Positions 60,914 to 64,000 of a stretch of DNA of 64,000 nt are shown here, piece after piece. The stretch comes from a virus: IMG/VR virus record IMGVR_UViG_3300001199_000007, positions 633 to 64,632 of that record. One strand, 5' to 3'. Below the pieces are notes generated by a model that saw only the letters and a list, made by a program, of their open reading frames with translations, ran no database searches and was not told the origin of the DNA. Position 1 is the first letter of the stretch, and every line of letters begins with the position of its first letter. The position numbers and the translations under genes were made by a program.

Positions 60914-63693
60914 AGACCAACTTCGGCGTCGGGTTCCGCGGGGAGGCCCCGCGTTTCGAGCGGGACAAGATCCCGCCCGGGTTCGCGGCACGCGCCGTGA
61001 ACTGCCGGTTCCTGTCGGGCAGCCTGGAAGCATGGAAGGCGCCGGCTGACGCGCCGTTCCAGACCACGAAGGCAGGCACCGTGAGATCGCTGCACCTCAT
61101 GGATCCCGATGGCAACAACGGGGGGCCCTTCGCGCTGCACTGGACCGAACTCGTCCAGGCCGTGCGTGGCACCAACGCCGGGGACACCGAGGAGCGCACC
61201 TACTTCACCGGTACCGCGGACGGCCCTCGCGTCACGACGAAAACCTTGGCCACCGCGGAGCCGCCGCCGGGCGGCGTCAACGCCGGCGAGTACCCGTACC
61301 GGTCGCTGCCGCTGGGCGTCCGCAAGCCCGCTGCAGCCCCCACGGTTTCCTTGCAGGCCGGCGACGAGCCCGGCGAGATCACGCTGACCAACCCTGGGGC
61401 CGAGAACGGCACCACGAACTGGACCTCGACGACGGGGACCCTGGGCTACAAGGACGACAGCACCGACCCGGTGTCCGGCCTGCCGGCCTTCTCCGGCAAC
61501 CGCTTCTTCTACGGCGGCACAACGGACTGCGTGGCGTACTCGCGGTCGCCGTCTCCGTACCTGCTCGAGGACCTCGACCTGGTCCCCGGCCAGCTGGTGA
61601 CGCTGCGTTGGCAGCAGGCCCGTGGAGCGAACTCGTCGAAGGCCTGTGTCGGCGTCGAGTTCTACGACGGCGCCGCCACCAAGATCGGCGAGCAGTTCGC
61701 GGCCATGGAGACCGTGGCCGCCCTGCTGACGTGGACCGAGCGGACCATGTCCGGCACCACCATCCCGGACAACACGGTGTCGCTGCGCATCGTGCAGAAG
61801 TACGAGAAGGTCGGCGGTGGAGAGACCGACGCCTACATCGACGACATCTCGATGTTCTCGCAGGCCTACGACCAGACCTTCGAAGGTTCATCGCTGTCGG
61901 GATGGGTCGTCCAGGGCTTCTTCATCGATGCCGTGGAGGGGCGCCCTGCGCCGTGCTTCAACAGCGGCAACCCGGACGACAGCACGACGTTCATGTACCG
62001 CAACCTGGCGTCGGAGAAATCCCCGCGGGTTGCTTTCCAGTGCGACCTCTACAAGACCGAGCAGGAATTCAAGTGCGAGGCCGGCATCCTGCTCCACGCG
62101 ACCGAGGGCGGCCAGGGCGCCGGTGTCACGCTGGACCGAGAGGGTGGCCTGATCGCGGTGAAGAACTTCACGGCCTGGACCAACACGGGATCCGCGCTCA
62201 TCACCAAGCTGTACGAGGGCGGCAAGGAAGCGCTGAAAAACAAGTGGCTGCGCATCACGATCTCCGCGGAGCGGAAGTCAGCGGTGACGTCGTCGTGGAC
62301 GATCAGCGTCGTCGGCATCGACAACGGGGTCACCTACGTCGACGCGCAGACCGTTGAAGTCCCCATCGACGGCGACTACGGCGGCCTCAGACACTACGGC
62401 GGAGACGACGCCAATCGGAACCGCTTCGACAACGTCTCATTCTCGGTGCTGCCGGCCGATGTCGCGGAAGACGGCGGGCAGATCTTCACGGACTACGTCT
62501 ACACCTTCGTCGACAGCCTCGGCAGGGAGTCGGCGCCGTCCCCGGATAGTGCCGACGTCGCGCTCACCGCGAACGGTGTCCGCCTCGTCACGACGTCGAC
62601 CACGAACCCGACCGGCTACGACATCACGCACAAGCGGATCTACCGGCTCGTCACCGGTACCACCTCGAGCCAGTACCAGCTGGTGGACGAGATCCCGCTG
62701 GCCCAGGCCGAGTACGAGGACACCAAGGTCGACTCCCAACTCGGCGCCGTGCTGCAGACCGATGGATGGGAAGAGCCTCCCGAGGACATGCACTCGATCA
62801 TCGCGGCGCCACGCTTCATGGCCGGGATCTCGAAGAACCAGGTCTGCTTCAGCGTCATCGACCAGCCCCATGCGTGGCCGCCGCTGTGGCGCCAGAACAT
62901 GGACGAAGACGGCGTCGGGCTCGCCGTCATCGACAACGACATCTTCGCTTGGTCGAAAGGCCGGCCCTACATCGCCCAGGGGACCGACCCCAGCGCGATG
63001 GACCTGCAGAAGCTCTCGAAACCGATCGGGTGCCTGTCGCGGGAGTCGATCGCCATCGTCGGAAAACTCGGGGTCATCGCGTGCTCGAGCGATGGTCTCA
63101 GCGCGGCGAACCGCGCCGACACCGATCTGTGGACCCGCGCGTTGTTCACCGAGGCCGAGTTCGCGGTGCTGAACCCACCCAGCATCAGGGGCGTCTGCCA
63201 CGACGGCCGCTATTTCGGGTTCTACGACGCCGAGGGATTGGAATTCGAGGTTCACGGGGTCGAGGTCGAAGGCGTCAAGGGTGGCTTCATCATCGACACC
63301 GAGGAAAACGGCTTCGGTGTGACCTGGCTCGATTTCCACGCCACGGCCGCGTACGCGAGCCCGTTCGACGATCGTCTCTACCTCGAGGTCGACGGCACGC
63401 TGAAGGTCTGGAACGCGGGGCCCGGGAAGCTCGACTACGTCCTCGAATCGCGCGAGGAGCTCATCAAGTACCCCACCAGCTTTGGGGCCGCCTACGTCGA
63501 TGCCCTCACCACCGGCGATACCGACTTCACGCTGATCTACGACCGCACCGACGTCCACACGCGCGCGGTGCAGAAAGGCGAGTTCGTGCTGCCGGATGTT
63601 CTCTGCGAGCGCGCCGTGGCATATCGGCTCGAAGGAACCGACCGGATCCGCCGGCAGGCCAGCATCGCGGACACTATGGAGGAGCTCGACTGA
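60910..63693 (+). CDS. Tail nozzle/stabilisation protein with inserted lectin-like domains (927 aa)
   Basis: GTG start MKTNFGVGFRGEAP. YVYTFVD.LGRESAPSP, LCFS....PHAWP and GCLSRESI motifs; ~375-aa insert. Confidence 0.7.
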   Translation: MKTNFGVGFRGEAPRFERDKIPPGFAARAVNCRFLSGSLEAWKAPADAPFQTTKAGTVRSLHLMDPDGNNGGPFALHWTELVQAVRGTNAGDTEERTYFTGTADGPRVTTKTLATAEPPPGGVNAGEYPYRSLPLGVRKPAAAPTVSLQAGDEPGEITLTNPGAENGTTNWTSTTGTLGYKDDSTDPVSGLPAFSGNRFFYGGTTDCVAYSRSPSPYLLEDLDLVPGQLVTLRWQQARGANSSKACVGVEFYDGAATKIGEQFAAMETVAALLTWTERTMSGTTIPDNTVSLRIVQKYEKVGGGETDAYIDDISMFSQAYDQTFEGSSLSGWVVQGFFIDAVEGRPAPCFNSGNPDDSTTFMYRNLASEKSPRVAFQCDLYKTEQEFKCEAGILLHATEGGQGAGVTLDREGGLIAVKNFTAWTNTGSALITKLYEGGKEALKNKWLRITISAERKSAVTSSWTISVVGIDNGVTYVDAQTVEVPIDGDYGGLRHYGGDDANRNRFDNVSFSVLPADVAEDGGQIFTDYVYTFVDSLGRESAPSPDSADVALTANGVRLVTTSTTNPTGYDITHKRIYRLVTGTTSSQYQLVDEIPLAQAEYEDTKVDSQLGAVLQTDGWEEPPEDMHSIIAAPRFMAGISKNQVCFSVIDQPHAWPPLWRQNMDEDGVGLAVIDNDIFAWSKGRPYIAQGTDPSAMDLQKLSKPIGCLSRESIAIVGKLGVIACSSDGLSAANRADTDLWTRALFTEAEFAVLNPPSIRGVCHDGRYFGFYDAEGLEFEVHGVEVEGVKGGFIIDTEENGFGVTWLDFHATAAYASPFDDRLYLEVDGTLKVWNAGPGKLDYVLESREELIKYPTSFGAAYVDALTTGDTDFTLIYDRTDVHTRAVQKGEFVLPDVLCERAVAYRLEGTDRIRRQASIADTMEELD

Positions 63694-64000
63694 TGGGCAT
63701 CGGTTCAACACCGAAGGGCACCGACCAGCAGACCAAGCAGTACCTGATGAAGCTGCGCCAGATCGCGGAGACCGCGGCGGCAACGGCTTCGGAGGCACTG
63801 GAACTGGCGAGGAAGCTGAGCGCCAACCAACAGGCACCGACACGGCCCGACACGGGCGGCGGCGCGAGCCCAGGCGATGCGGAGCTTTCGGATGCTTTGC
63901 TCGCGACGCTGATGACGGTCGAAAGCCGGAACGCGTCGCTGTGGAAACTGGTCGCGGAGATCGCAGGGATGCTGGCCACCCACCTCGCACCGCAGCGAAA
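63693..64000 (+). CDS. Tail fibre/host-specificity protein, N-terminus (3'-truncated)
   Basis: TGATG coupling; open to the window end. Confidence 0.45.
   Translation, partial: MGIGSTPKGTDQQTKQYLMKLRQIAETAAATASEALELARKLSANQQAPTRPDTGGGASPGDAELSDALLATLMTVESRNASLWKLVAEIAGMLATHLAPQR

Noticed and set aside
60910-64000. Diversity-generating retroelement (as in BPP-1-like podoviruses)
   Set aside because: No reverse transcriptase or TR/VR repeat pair is visible in this window; the tail-fibre 3' end lies outside it.

Overview
The window is almost the whole genome of a high-GC temperate, podovirus-type phage, most likely of a proteobacterial host. It is in the excised/circular attP configuration and circularly permuted: it starts and ends inside the tail/ejection module. 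Layout: (1) 1-17.5 kb, ejected internal virion proteins, including a 5,000-aa polyvalent DarB-like protein (inorganic pyrophosphatase-like domain, N6-adenine MTase, SNF2 helicase, metallopeptidase-like domain, an EVQSDW domain, LPD38-like C-terminus) that carries four +1-frame nested ORFs. (2) 17.8-22.7 kb, lysis genes (GH19 endolysin, embedded spanins, holin candidate) and a three-gene tail-tip-like module. (3) 22.7-24.8 kb, a tandem RHH gene, attP (3' half of tRNA-Val CAC plus arm repeats), tyrosine integrase and Xis. (4) 24.8-42.1 kb, a leftward early operon: DNA-modification genes (beta-class MTase, DUF5131-type radical SAM-like protein, cupin, TGT/DpdA-like protein, a C5-MTase stub), ExoX-like exonuclease, SbcC-like ATPase, RecT, YqaJ, Rha, a C4-like antisense RNA and an IS5 insertion. 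(5) 42.2-49.7 kb, a rightward operon: Cro-like gene, parS-like site, HNH, replication initiator with iterons, DnaB, NinB-like, RusA. (6) 50.5-64 kb, TerS, TerL, portal, scaffold, N4-gp56-type capsid, adaptors and tail nozzle. No CI repressor, CRISPR array, reverse transcriptase or complete tRNA is visible. The most unusual signals are the nested genes inside the giant ejection protein, dispersed transcription-oriented CAGCAGAN arrays at promoters and gene starts, a chromosomal-type parS site, an orphan TGT/DpdA-like gene beside a decapitated C5-MTase, and IS5 inserted in a C4 control box. Family names come from motif recognition only; no database searches were run.
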